Shown one piece after another: positions 1-13,386 of a DNA stretch of 64,000 nucleotides. The stretch spans positions 7,316,001 through 7,380,000 of the forward strand of contig JAWMAR010000023.1 of assembly GCA_036785375.1 (NCBI GenBank), given 5' to 3'. Each line of letters begins with the position of its first letter. The stretch's first letter is position 1. The translations under genes were made by a program, and so were the position numbers. Origin of the DNA: Leucoraja ocellata. Taxonomy: Eukaryota. Under the pieces are notes generated by a model, which saw only the letters and a program-made list of their open reading frames with translations, ran no database searches and had not been told where the DNA came from.

Positions 1-12
1 TTGCTTTCGTAG

Positions 13-147
13 GCGAGTGTTGCCATGGACCATCAGTGCCAATCCAAAGCGAAAGATTGAGGATGTCCGACCGATATTTTGGGCTTCGAGGCAGAAGAGT
101 TATATCTACAGAACCCAGGACTGGGATGAATTTCCAAATGGAAGATG
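13..147 (+). CDS. MTHFR: MTHFR exon ([45 protein letters not shown])
   Basis: tttcgtag acceptor, GT donor at 148; 135 bp. Confidence 0.95.
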
Positions 148-2931
148 GTATAATTATAAATCATTACTACACTCTTTTGACTGAACGACTGCGCTAAAGT
201 GCAATACCAATATAGCTTATCATGCAAGGAAATTTACATTTGTAATTATTTGGCATTATACCAATCTTGGCTTTTGTCAGTGGTGCATGTGGAACATTCT
301 CACTGTGTCAAAGAGAACCGCCTGAGCTGCGGAGAGAGGTTGGGCAGGCTCGGACCTTATTCCTTGGAGCGCAGGGGGATTAGGGGTGGGAATAGATAGG
401 GTGAATGAACAGAATCCAGGGTAGGGGAATCAAGAACGAGTGGGCATGGATTTAAGGCGAGAGGAGAAAGAATTAATATGAATTTGAGGGGCAGCTTTTC
501 CGTACAGGTGATGGGTATATGGAGTGAGCTGCCAGAAGAAGTAGTTGAGGGAGATACATTACATCAGATTTTACATCAGTTCTCTGCAGCTCGGGCTGTT
601 GAGTCTCTCATTTTAATTTTTAAGAGGATGAGTATGGATTTCATTGTGGAATTTTCTCACAGACGTTAGGTTATTGAACAGCCCTGCCTCCAATGTGGAG
701 CACTTAATTTCCTGAGGAAACAACTGTACGGAAGATATTTACTGATGAAATCAACTCAATTGGTGGCTTTGCTTTAACTATGTTACTCAGTGTCATAGTG
801 GTATGCTTTTTATTATATTTCAGGGGGAACTCATCATCTCCTGCATTTGGCGAGTTGAATGATTACTATCTTTTCTATCTGACGAATAAATGTCCCAAGG
901 AGGACCTGCTGAAGATGTGGGGGGAAGAACTGGTAGACAAAAATAGCATCTTCGATGTCTTCACAGCATATGTCACTGGGCAGCCCAACAGCAATGGGAT
1001 AAAGGTAATATAACGATAAGGTCCAAATAAAAACAACCCAAGATTTATGAAAATAACAATTTTGTGACTAATTCCGAAGACAAGAGTTAAATTATAAATC
1101 CCGTAGGAGTTTCTGGAAACACTATTTTTAAACTAAATGTATAATTTAATGATCATGTCTTTATTATATCCAATAAACATCTTGCGGAAAGCTGGGTATA
1201 TGTGTTATTTTGTCGTTGATTGGGATAAGGTTTATTCTGCTAGCAGTTCACTAAATTTGACTAGAACATGACTTTATGTAGCAAATGCAAACGCACAAAA
1301 TCTTGAATTCTGGAACCCAGAGGCAATTATTTTCACTGATCATATTTTAAAAAGAGTGCAGTAACAATCATTCATGAGAGATGTACTTGGGTTCAGTTCT
1401 TTCCCTTTTATTCTTCCCTTCTCCCTCAATATCTATTCTCTCCCAGTAACATGGCAGCTGAGATTTCACATGTAGCTAGTTAACTTGTTCAATTAAAGTA
1501 AGCCTGGCAATCTTCCATCTTAGAGACTCAATGGTATAAAGGGTCAAGCCAGTCCAGTTCTTAAATATAAATAAAACTCTGTATTTCTGGTTTGTACTTC
1601 AGGTGACATGCATGCCCTGGAACAATGATGCTCTGGCACCAGAAACATCCTTGATGAAAGATGAACTGGAGAAGGTGAACCAAATGGGAATTCTCACCAT
1701 AAACTCCCAGCCCAACATTAATGCTAAACCTTCAACTGACCCCATGGTGGGCTGGGGGCCTGAGGGAGGCTATGTATTTCAGAAGGTAAGATTCCAATGA
1801 CACTAAAAATAAAGAGATCCATTTGAGATTTCAGGTCCTTGATTTAGAAATATGACCATGTGAAGATAGACCATGATAGACCATTGTTGCCTTTTTTTTA
1901 CGTTTTCTTTAATCTTGCTATTCCTATTTTAGGCATATCTTGAGTTTTTTACCTCCTCTGAAAATATATCTACTCTGCTCAAAGTTCTGAAGAAATATGA
2001 AATGCGTGTGAACTACCAGATTGTGAATGTGAAGGTAAGGAGTTATCATCACCAATACATGAACACCAAAGAAACAAAATGATAACAGTCCAATTCATGG
2101 GGTAACATTATGCAGATTTCCAGACATATTCAGATGTAGTATTCTATCCAACCTGACATAGCTAATTATGACTACAGCTGTTTTTTGTCAGATTTGTCAT
2201 CTTACCTTGTACCATTTGTGACCTTTTGTAGGGCGAGAATATAAATAATGCTTTCAATCTGCAACCGATTGCGGTTACATGGGGTGTCTTTCCAGGACGT
2301 GAGATAATTCAGCCCACAGTGGTCGATCCTATCAGCTTCATGTACTGGAAGGTAATGAAAATTGAACTTTGTGGAGAATTTAATAAAACAACTGGTTGCT
2401 TTGTAAAGAAGTGACAATATATACATTTCATGTCCTTTAGCTGCAATTGGCCTCAGCCCATTATCTGTACATGTGTAACAGTTCTCAATACAATGCTCTG
2501 GGATTCCTGACTGCTTTATTTTGAGTGGTTAACAAAACAGAAATATGGCATAACCTCCTTCCATTTGGATAATCAACAATTATTAATTAATATGTGATCC
2601 ATGTGTTTCTGTAGCTAGCTAAAAAGGAGAAATACTTTTGACTCGAGAGAAGGGAAAAGTTTGTTTGAGGTGGAGGAGAAGGAAGCAGATGATAGAATTG
2701 GTAACATTGCCATTTTGTTTTTAGGATGAAGCCTTTGCCCTGTGGATTGAACAATGGGGAAAATTGTATCCTACTGGCTCTCACTCTCAAAAGATAATTC
2801 AAGATATTCATGATCAGTATTACCTGGTCAATCTTGTGGATAATGACTTTCCACTTGAGAACTGTCTCTGGCAGGTTATTGATGACCTCTTTAAGTTAAA
2901 GGCATCAGAACAGACGCATGGTTCAGCTTGA
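13..2931 (+). CDS. MTHFR: Methylenetetrahydrofolate reductase, 3' part (C-terminal SAM-binding regulatory domain); join(13..147,824..1004,1603..1785,1933..2034,2232..2351,2725..2931); 5' exons lie outside the window
   Basis: All introns are GT-AG and the phases join cleanly. The translation has the hallmark MTHFR motifs [70 protein letters not shown] and WKDEAFALW. Confidence 0.97.
320..555 (+). mobile_element. CR1-type LINE 3' fragment in an MTHFR intron
   Basis: [15 protein letters not shown] and [10 protein letters not shown] remnants. Confidence 0.7.
824..1004 (+). CDS. MTHFR: MTHFR exon ([19 protein letters not shown]...NGIK)
   Basis: tttcag acceptor, gtaata donor; 181 bp. Confidence 0.95.
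1603..1785 (+). CDS. MTHFR: MTHFR exon (VTCMPWNND...GGYVFQK)
   Basis: ttcag acceptor, gtaaga donor; 183 bp. Confidence 0.95.
1933..2034 (+). CDS. MTHFR: MTHFR exon ([11 protein letters not shown]...YQIVNVK)
   Basis: ttttag acceptor, gtaagg donor; 102 bp. Confidence 0.95.
2232..2351 (+). CDS. MTHFR: MTHFR exon (GENINNA...[27 protein letters not shown])
   Basis: tttgtag acceptor, gtaatg donor; 120 bp. Confidence 0.95.
2725..2931 (+). CDS. MTHFR: MTHFR terminal coding exon ([15 protein letters not shown]...NLVDNDFP...GSA*)
   Basis: tttttag acceptor, in-frame TGA at 2929-2931. Confidence 0.95.
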   Translation, partial: DEAFALWIEQWGKLYPTGSHSQKIIQDIHDQYYLVNLVDNDFPLENCLWQVIDDLFKLKASEQTHGSA

Positions 2932-5654
2932 GACATACCAGTGGAGTTAAGTTGTCTCAATGTCCAGGATAACTTGCAATCTCAAATAGGCATTAAATGT
3001 TGATGTGCCCATGGACTCAACATGAGAGGAACACCACATCTCAGCCTGCCGTGTGCAAATCAAGATGTCCCTGAACTGAGCAGAATGGATTTCTAATAGT
3101 ATTTGATGGTGTGTTGTGATTTGTGTTGCTTTGCACAGAACGAGCAGTATTTCTATAGGTTTCAGCGGAAGAACAGGATTGAATAAGTACTTGGTTCTGG
3201 CAAAGCTGTTAATAATGGAAGATCATTTATTTATTATGTCTCCATATCTCCATTGTTCAGCAAATGCCAAATGACCATTTTTCATTTGGATGTAATGGTA
3301 AGTACTCTGCAAGAGTTAGGAAATTGCACCTGAAGCTTGACTGCTTTTGCCAAACATCTAGACTGGAATCATTCAGTATCTGCTAGTCTAATCAGAGCAG
3401 GCAATTGTTGTCGCTTGTTTACATCCCCTTACCACTTTGTACACGTGTAACACTTGTTGTATTGTAGTAGTTGAGATCCTAACCAAAAATCTCATTCTAA
3501 GAGTAAGTAGTGTGGATTGGATAAATTACATTTCCACAGTGGAGTGGGGTGTCACAGGTAATAGGGTTCAGTGACCAACATCGCCTGGGCCCATGACTAA
3601 ACCAATTTTTGTTGTCTTACTACAAGCCCATATTGCAATGTTCAGTGATGAGATCGGAGGTTTATGGGGTAAAGTTGTTTAAGTCTAACCCACTGAATTG
3701 ATAGCTTACAATTTAGACCTGCCACCAGCTATTCTCTTGAATAATTCTGATCTCTTCTTGTTTTCATGTTTTTCATAATATTTGTTGGAAGACAGATGCT
3801 TTTCCTGGACTGTGCAATGAACATGTCTTGATATAATCTAGGTATTAAAATAACCCTGAACCCATGTTTAAGTTTAGTTTAGAAACTGGCTTAAACCGTC
3901 TTGTTTTCGATTCTACATTGTGGAAAGCCCTATTGTTGGCTGCTGAGCTGCAGTATATTTATATAACTAGGAATCAGTGATGTTACAGGGTCCTAGCATG
4001 AGTGTGGCAGTAAAGATGCCAAATGTCCCTCTATAGATTCCATCAATCCCATGTGCAGGATCTGTTGAAATAATCTGAGCAGCCTGGAAATGTGAGGAAT
4101 AGATAGTGCCATAGTATTTTTTAATGTTTGTCTGAGGGTGCAGTTGGAGGTGTGTTCGAATCACTAGCGAGGGATATAAAATCATGTATTTATTTGGGTA
4201 CTATTGTGGGAGTTTGCGACATGTAAATCACTGCTGTATTTCTTTAACTTCCAACAGTAACCACTTCAATAAAATGCATTGGCTACAAAGCTCTAACAAT
4301 AAAAGGGAAAAAAACTTGGATATAGATCTGGCACTAAATTCAGATTATGACAAAATTTCTCAACATCAACCTTGCAGTCCAACTCGAACGGCTGTCTGGT
4401 GTCTAAATTTGGACAGCTGTTGTAACAAGTTATAGCTGATGTAGGCATACTCCTAAAGCCATAACTTACTTAAAATGTGCCAAAATGCTTCCTCAATCCC
4501 CGAGTATATCCTGTCCTGCTGGCAGGACAGACCGAGTAGGAGTAGTAGCATAGTAGTATTCGGGTGGGAGAAAATAGCCCTGCCAGTCCTCAATATTGAC
4601 TAGCTCCTGTGAAGTCTCCTGGCATCTGGTTGAGCACAAAAAAAGAAACCTTCCCCTGATTATTGCCAACAGCTAATGAGACGTTTCTCCATACCTGTAT
4701 TACACAATGTTTGGAAGTATCAAAGATACAGAATGTACTCTGGACGGAGTGCGAAAGTGTTCACCACCAAGAATGCTTGGGAGCGCCAGCACTGATTAAA
4801 CTAAAGGACATGGCTGCCAAACTGAGTCTGAATCAACATGAGCTATAATTCAGCTTAATTTGGGGAAATTAAGGAATTTGCCAACACCATTTGCATTTAA
4901 ATGTCACTGCCAACATTTCTTAAACAGCCAAGAGAAAAGTAAATGTTTAAATTATGTCAGCTTGCTGATGTAACCCACTTATTAAATGTAACCATTGCTA
5001 AACGACTAATTTTGTAAGACATTTGTAAACGGTGAAATAATCACCTGACTGCATAAGCTTGGTGGTAGTTGGACATATCCTTAGTTTGAGTTGCCTCTGG
5101 CCTCTTGTGGGATGGGCACTGTGGGAAGTCCCCAACATTAGGAGATGCATAGTTGCCAAGGGTAAGTGAGCTTGTGGAATTCGTGGGAGATATTTTGGGT
5201 GAAAAATTCTGTGGAATATGAAGATCTCTGAAAAGAAGCATTGGTAATAATACTCTTTGACATCACTTCTACTGATTATTAAAATACTATGTTTTACTTT
5301 GAATTGCTGGCTTTTTCTTCATGGCTACTTTGACTACAGAAGGTGATCAAACACCTTGGCATATGCTATGGATAGGCTACAGTTGGGATAGGCTACAGTT
5401 CATCACCTTTCATCTGCATGCATGTGGCAAATTCAGTTGTCAAGGGGCAGCAATTTATATTAGACACCTGAATCTGCTTCAAGGAATCCACTGGTCCTGA
5501 GATATCTAATTCAAGGTTCTCTTCTCCAATGTCAGCTAAATGCTAGGATTTAACTTGTTTGGTGCCAGGCTATGCCCTCAAAGATCTAGTATCTGGTTTA
5601 GGCTAATGTTTTAATACACATCTTAAGTTGTTTTTAACTAAAGGAACAAAAAGA

Positions 5655-5755
5655 AAGTCTGAAGAAGGGTGTCGACCCGAAACGTCACCCGTTCCTTCGC
5701 TGCAGAGATGCTGCCTGTCCCGCTGAGTTACTCCAGCATTTTGTGTCTACCTTCA
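5655..5755 (+). mobile_element. Penelope-like pLTR-derived short element with a minimal hammerhead-like core (5659-5686)
   Basis: CTGAAGA-A-GGGT(gtcg)ACCC-GAAAC-GTC followed by the family tail agatgctgcctgtcccgctgagttactccagc. Confidence 0.7.
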
Positions 5756-6841
5756 AAAATAAAGACAATTCCCCCCCAAAAAATGGTCTTGTAGCACTTT
5801 AGTGCTGAGTTTTGTTCAGGTTTCATATTGTTACTGTTAGATGAAATTACCCTACAGGTTTACTCATCATATATTTGAGAAATTGTGTTTCAGCAGCTGA
5901 TAGCCCATGCAACAATATTTTGTTTCCTGTTCTTCCTGCAATCCTAGGATAGTGGTCTAGTAGCAATAATGTGTCAAGACTGAAACAGGTCTAATGTAGC
6001 CTGGATGAGCTTTGTGAACCTCTGCGTAATATACATCTAGTTCAGGCATCCTGAGTGTAACACTATTCAAAGTATAACTTGCATTATATTCTCAATGCCT
6101 CGATCTAACCTCTCATGATGCACTCACAACTGAACGATTGGACTTTTGTGTTCAATGTTGTGAGTTGCCATGTAACAAATGTAAATTTTAATCACTCCAT
6201 ATTTTCAATGCACTATTCATTATTTGAGTATTTTTTTACTCAAATGTTCAAGTTCTGAGACATTGTGCTACAGGGGGAACAAGGTCACTTGGTGCTGTTG
6301 AAACCAATACTTTCAGCTGATTGATGGGAGGGGATGGGGGAAGCAATTTGTAGTTTAATCCAATAAATAAGTTTGGTGAGTTCACAAACGGAATGGATGC
6401 CTCAGGAATGGATTATAGCAACACCAGCTATAGTGTAGGTTGTGCTGCAGCATGATCAGTCTACTCAACAGAAAACTCTGGGCATGGTCTATAATGTTAC
6501 AAAGACCTCAAAATATAAAATGCTGGAAACATTTAGAAAACATTCAGCAATAGCCAAGCAAAAAGGACAAGTTTTTCAGTTACATGCTAATTTTTCATCT
6601 GCAGAACCTGCCTTACCTGTTGACTATTGGCACTTTTTTTGGATATGGCCAAAGTTTCAGTTATACACAGCCATGAGCTCCCCACTTGTATTTCAATAAA
6701 AAATGAAACCACACAAACACACTGCTGCACCTCAAACAATCAAAACTGGGGCTTGGTAAAACAAATAGAAAGTTCCCCAATGCCAGATAAAATTTATTAT
6801 TCCATCAAAAGGATTTTGGAACACACATTCGAAAGTGCAGA

Positions 6842-6855
6842 AATAAAACTTTATT
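6842..6855. terminator. Back-to-back polyadenylation signals: AATAAA on + (6842-6847) and AATAAA on - (6855-6850)
   Basis: Sequence aAATAAAacTTTATTt lies between the convergent MTHFR and C1orf167-like stop codons. Other + strand AATAAA occur at 4268, 4298, 6362 and 6695, so the site actually used is unproven. Confidence 0.45.
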
Positions 6856-7359
6856 TTAGAACAGGTTTTATAAAGAAATATACCCAAAGTACAACTTATT
6901 GAAAGTAAGTCAAAAATGAATGCAGTTAGATAAAGTCCACAACAAAATCTGCAGGTGAGACTGGATAGAAAACACACCAAGTTATAATTGCAAGTGGATT
7001 ACATTTTGAGAAGTGTCCTAACTGTACGATGTCTCCTCACTACGGTCGTCAGTACCACGAACCAGGCGTTGGGCTAGATCTTGAGGCCACTAAACCCAAC
7101 TTTTATCTCTGAAGTTGTTTGTAATCTAATTACTGGCAGAGCACAAAGTTAGAATTGCCTTACAAATATGATTTCCCCTTATGAAAATGCACCATCTTCA
7201 ACCTGTCCAACGAGATTGGAAACTGAGTGAACCAGAACAGACTGACACTGGACATTTGGGTTTTGTTGGAACCTTGTGGCATCATTCTGTTCATCTTCAG
7301 AAGCAATGTCAGTGGGAAGCCCCGAGCCTTTGTTTTGGGGCAAGCTTAAGATTTACCCA

Positions 7360-7413
7360 CTATCTCGTATTTCTCTGTTTTTCAACAACCAATCTTATCC
7401 AGGTCGTGAAAAC
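7360..7413 (-). CDS. C1orf167: C1orf167-like terminal coding exon ([17 protein letters not shown])
   Basis: ttttattcttag acceptor; TAG at 7362-7360; completes an LLxxxFxxW repeat across the junction. Confidence 0.8.
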   Translation of the reverse strand, partial: VFTTWIRLVVEKQRNTR

Positions 7414-10400
7414 CTAAGAATAAAATAGACACATCAGATTTACAGTGAGTGGGTTCAGTGTGAGTGAGGATCAGATTTATGTTGCTGACGTGTATAATTC
7501 AAAATCATCAGAGACTGAAATGTTATATAACAATTTTGCACCCTATTAGTGAAATTTTATGCTGTAAAATTTGAGTGAATAGTATTGAGTGAAACAAAAT
7601 ACTAATTAGGAAAGTCATTATTTCTGTGCTACTGCTGCTGAAACATGCCTGCCTCAATTACATCCTCTGGCAGCTCATTCCCCATACCCACCACCCTCTG
7701 TGTGAAGAAGTTGCCTATCAGATTCCTAATGAATCTATCCCCTCTCACCGCAAACCCATGCCCTCTAGTTCGTGAAAATAATTGCCCCCTCAGAATTAGC
7801 AGAGATTTAAGATGACAATTTTAAACATTTTTTTTGTTTAGGCCACCTTTGGTTTGCCTGAACCAAAGGGTGGCACTCAGTCAGTTTAAAAGATTTAAAC
7901 ATGTGCCTCTACATTTACTGGAGAATACAGGTCTGTAGAGTAACAGGCTGAGAATCTTGATATAGAAACAAAGAAAAATAGATGCTGGAATAGGCCATTC
8001 GGCCCTTCAAGCCAGCACCGCCATTCAATATGATAATAGCTGATCATAAGTACCCCATTCCTGCTTTCCCCCCCATATCTCTTGATTCCTTTAGGCCAAA
8101 GAGCTAAATCTAACTCTCCTGAAAACATCCAGTGAATTGGCCTCCACTGCATCAATGTAAATTGTTTAGAGAAAGTGGAAATCAGTAACTGTTCCTACTG
8201 CTGATCACAGAGAGTTGGGGTGTGGGGAGCACATAATATGAGAGCCTTTTATGCTCCAGAATTTACTGCTGGGTAGGAGAAAGAAAAAGCAGCCAGGCAC
8301 CCTCAGCACACCTCTGATCCCGAGGTAAAGATTTTAGGGAGGAGGGTGGGGGTGGGGTGGGGGGGGGGGGGGAATGTTGTAATTCCTGGAAAAACAGGAA
8401 GACAACCAGACTGCTGATCCTCAGTATTTGGCTCAACCATGATGAAAGGTGACTGAGTGATACACCAAGGCATTTAACAAGAGAGAGGGAGTGACCAATA
8501 TTGTAATGGTGCTATATGTAACTTTGGTACCTACGTCCAACAGCAGGATCCTGTCGTCCTGAGCTGCAAACGCCTTTGACACCTGCATCTGTATGAACCG
8601 TCTCCGCCACAACTGCCATGCGTGCAGCTCCAGCTCCTGCTCGTACTGTGGGGGAGAGAGAAGCTTCCATCAGTGAAATACGCTATAAACAGAGCATAGA
8701 TCCAATAGCACCTGACTGTTTACTAGTAGAGGCTTCCAGATTATGAGCTGATTAAAGTGGAGTGAATTCCCTATTGCCATCATTCAGGCAGGGTGTGTGT
8801 CTCTTGTTTATGTCAATAGGAGGACAAGGATCAGCTGCAGGATGGATCCCATTATCTCAGTCCTGCCCATAAAGACAGCCGACAGATGGATGGCGAGGCT
8901 TCTTCAATGGGGAGATTCTCAGGGGAGGCTGCCTTCCCCTCATATATCTTTGCTGTAACGTATGATTCAACATATTACCAGCCAAAGCAGGTGAACAGAA
9001 TGGCCCAGAGACCACAACAGGTTTCTCATCCCCAGAAAAGAGGATGATAAATGACGCTGGAGCAGGCTATATTTGATTATTGCTGAAACTGACAAACACA
9101 GCCTAGCCGATGTCTGTGGATGAAACAATTAGTAGCCAAGGGGCTTTGAATGGAATGGCAGAGTATTCCCATTCAGTCAGGATAACACTTTTAACACTCA
9201 TATTTTATTTATTTGTACATTGTACAGTTTATTGTCACGTTATCGAGGTACAATGAAAAGCTTTTGTTGTGTGCTATCCAGTCAGGAGAAAGATAATATA
9301 TGATTACAATTGAGCAAATCGAATCCAGACCGGATAACCGGTTGAAGATTGTCAAACTCAAGAAATAATTATTTTTACAATAAATCTTTATCAAAATCAT
9401 TGCAAGTCAGAAGTGGGCAGCTGTGTTTAGTCCTCCCTGTCCTAGTCTGCTGCGGCCTCTTTATCATAATTTACATAGAAAGTGACATTAAAATTGCTAT
9501 GGAAATGTAAAGCTAGATTAAATTAGTCACAGCTTAAACTGATTAAATTTAAAAATAATTTCAAATGAGAACTGCTATGCTCACCAGTCCCCTGGTCACC
9601 AGCATGCTCACAGTGAAGCTCCTCCACTGCTCCCAGATCTCCTGCAGCTTCTCGACTCTTTTCTTCTCCAGAAGTTGCTGTAGGAGTGTTTTGTTCCACC
9701 AGTTTATCAACAGTCGTTTGCTGTGGGGGGAAAATAGAAACAGCTTGTAAACTCATTCAAATGGGGATGCAGCTGACAGAGCTGCTGCCTCGTGGTGCCA
9801 GAGACTAGAGATCGATCCTGACGTTGGGTGCTGTATGTGTGGAGTTTGCACGTTCTCTCTGTTTCCTCTGGGTGATCCCATTTGCTCCCACATCCCAAAG
9901 TTGTGTGGGTTTGTACATTATTTGGCCTCTATAAATTGCCTCTAGAGTGTAGGGTGTGGATGTGAAAGTAGGATAAGAGAACTAGTGCAAACAGGTGATT
10001 GATGGTCTGCATGAACTCGGTCGGCCTGGGTCCTTTGTTTATGTTGTCTCTTTCATTCAATTAAAATCCACAAAATGCTGGAGGAATTCAGTGGGTGAGG
10101 CAGCATCTGTGGAGTTCCTCCAGCACTTTGTATTTTGCTCAAGATTTCAGCATTTACAGTTTCTTATGTTTCTCTTGTAAACCCCTGTACATTCACAACT
10201 CATCAACCCAGCACACCCCTCCTATTTCGTATAGGAACATTCTGTGTCCTAAAAAAATGAGACAGCCAGAGAAAGTCTTTCAGTGACAAAGCAAGACCAA
10301 TCACCATAATTGATTCCTGTGGTGTTGCTCTGCACGAGATTCCTCCACATCCCACCGATCTGTCTGCTTCTGTGCCAGTACAAAAAGAATCCACCGTGAC

Positions 10401-13322
10401 ACAAATTTCCGTGACACATATCTGACACGATATCTGATTGCTTGCAGCTGTGAAAGAAGGGCAGATTTAAGCAGTGCCTCAGATAAAGATCACAAAGTAA
10501 CAGTCAATCCTCTGTCAATGCCTTCCCGCCTGCATTTCCATTGAACAGGGAGCACCGTTAGAAATTAGTGAACTGTTTAATTAAATTTCAATTCTACCCA
10601 TTTGTCTGACTTTTGCTCAGTCGCTCAGCACAGATCAGTCAAGCTTTTTGTCACCTAACCCCCCTCCTTCCACCCCCCTCACCTTCCCTCCCCTGGACTG
10701 CTATCTATTTCTCCCCCCCCCCCCCCCCCCCCCCCCTCTCAGCCATTTTCCTTCCTCTGACTTCCTAGTCTGCAACACTTGGAACCAGTCTCACACCTGA
10801 TACCTGGCCTTTGTTCCAGGCACCCACCACTCCCCATGTAAATAAATCTTGCCCTGCACATCTCCTTTAAACTTTAACCATCACATCTTAAAGCTGTGCC
10901 CTCTTGTCTTTGGCATTTCCACCCTGGGAAAAAGGTTGTGACTGTCTACACTATCTATGCCTCTCATAATTGTATATACTTCTATCAGATCTCTCAACAT
11001 CCGACGCTCCTGACAAAAAACTTTCAAGTTTCTCCAACCCATTCCAGCTAATACCCTTTAATCCAGGTATCTGGATCTGATTACTTTGTACCACCGTGAG
11101 ATCTTCTTTTACCTGTTTGGAATGCAATCAGCAACAAAAGACATTTTATTTTCTTTGATGATAGGCCATAGTAAAGCAAAATCTTTTGAACTGCGAAGGT
11201 AGACAAAAATGCTGGAGAAACTCAGCGGGTGTGACAGCATCTATGGAGCGAAGGAAATAGGCAACGTTTTGGGTTGAGACATTTGAACTACTGTAAGTTA
11301 GCACACAGCTCTCCATACCAACCTCCATATACCAGGATATCAATGCTTTGTGCAAGATTCGTTCACTCTGTCGTTGCACAAATGAGGCCATCTTATATTG
11401 CAAGTGCAACTGACTTCTCCAGGTCACAAATGTCGAGTTTAGCCGCAACAATAAAACTTGAGCCGATGCAGTCAATGCCCAATGCTTCTGCTGATGTACG
11501 TTTCCTTCCCAAGTGAGAAAGCACCTAGGGTTTGATGGGAAAGTAAACCGATTCAACTCAGTTTATCCAATGTGCAGAACAACGCACCAGTAATCTCTTT
11601 GTTCAATCTCCAATCAGTCGGCTCGAATTCGGCTCGAAGGGCCGAATGGCCTACTCCTGCACCTAATTTCTATGTTTCTATGTAATATGTGCTATGTTAG
11701 CAGCAGCAGCTGGGTCACAATAGTTCTTATCAAACTGAGGCTGCATCTCTTTACCAATATTTTAATTAATTTCAAAAATGAACTTTATTATAAAAAATAC
11801 ATACAAAACAAAAACCATGCAAAACTCTGAATACATTCTGAGTATGCTAATGCATACAATAATGCTAGTGTTATACCCAGTAGTGTTTGAACAACTCTAC
11901 ATCTTTGGCACTCATGTGGTCCCCTGGGGTGATATTCTGCCCCTTATTTGAGGGGTGTCCTCACTGGATTCAGCCCTTGAATACCCAGCAGCAGAAGGAC
12001 CCAGGATGTGGTTCTCCCCCACCAAGCCTTCACGTTAGCTGCACAAAGCTTCAGTGCATCCCTCAGCACATACTCCTGCTGGGGCCTGGAATGGGCCAGT
12101 CAGCAACATTCCCTAATGGGCATCTTGCTGAGCTGGAAACTAACACGTTTCGGGCAGACCACCGAATGAATTGGTCTTCCAGCTGCACTTGATGTCTGTC
12201 TCAGTAGGTGTCCCAGGGAACTGCCCGTAAATTAGAGAGCCCTCTGTCATGCAGCTGCTTGGGATGAACCCGGAGGAGGACTCTTGCATTTTTTGCCAGG
12301 CCCTCTTAGCAAATTCACACGGCAAAGAGGTGGGACGCTGCCCCCAGGGCAGCATCCATTGAGAGTGAGACCCCAATGGCACAGGAAGGTTTCCATATGG
12401 TTCTTCAGTTTACATTGTGAAATGTAAAGAATTCCACCTTGTGCTCCTCTTGCTCTGGAAGCAAGTGTTGCTGAAAACTGCAGTGCATTGGATTAAATTT
12501 AAACAGGCAGTTTCCAAACAGTTCAAAACAAATGAATTATTTTAATAGAATATAGAAAATATTCGGGTGGCGCCGTACGATGGCAGCCTCGTCCTTTTCT
12601 TCTTTTGTTGTTTTTAGTCTGTTGTTAAATGTATGTTTCAGTGTATCTTTAATTTTGTATTATGTGTGGGGTGGGGAGGGGGAAACTTTATAAAAACTCT
12701 TTCCTCGACGGAGATGCGACTTTTTCCGTATCGTATCTCCGTCCACACTGCGGCCTAACATCGTGGAGCTGACGGACCCATTGCTGGGGATCGACTTCGG
12801 GAGTTCCAACCGCAGAAGCCTGCGGACTTAACATCATGGAGCTCGCGGTCTCTTTGTCAGGGATCGACTTCAGGAGCTCCAACCACAGGAGCTTTGACCG
12901 CCCCGATCGCGGGAGCTTCAATCTCCCCGACATGGGAGCTTCAATCTCCCCGACTGCAGAAGTTTTGACTGTCCCGACCGCGGGAGAAAAGGAGGGAAGA
13001 TAATACATTATTGCCTTCCATCACAGTGTGCTGTGGCGGATGTTTATGTTAATTTTTATGTAGCTGTGTGTCTTGTTGCTGTTTTGGTATGACTGTATGG
13101 CAAATCAAATTTGTTGTATGTTTTTACTTGGCAAATAAATTTATTACAATTACAAAAAGTCAAGAAACATTATTAAGGCAATTATACGCACAAGTTTTAT
13201 TCTAATGATCTATGATGGGATGTACAGGGGGTTGATAGATTTTAGTTTTTTACCTGGCAGCAATGAAATAAAGAGCAGCAAAGGATGGGGAGCTGGGATT
13301 TGAACTATAATGAAATTAGTTT

Positions 13323-13386
<64 letters not shown>

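Noticed and set aside
5369-5400. Short tandem duplication of GGATAGGCTACAGTT (similar ones at about 1866, 53715 and 58293)
   Set aside because: Ordinary slippage-type duplications with no further structure.
12688-13008. 106-aa ORF with repeated GRxKLP units; the repeats superficially look like an array
   Set aside because: A product of tandem subrepeats within a dispersed repeat; there are no unique spacers, so it is not CRISPR-like.
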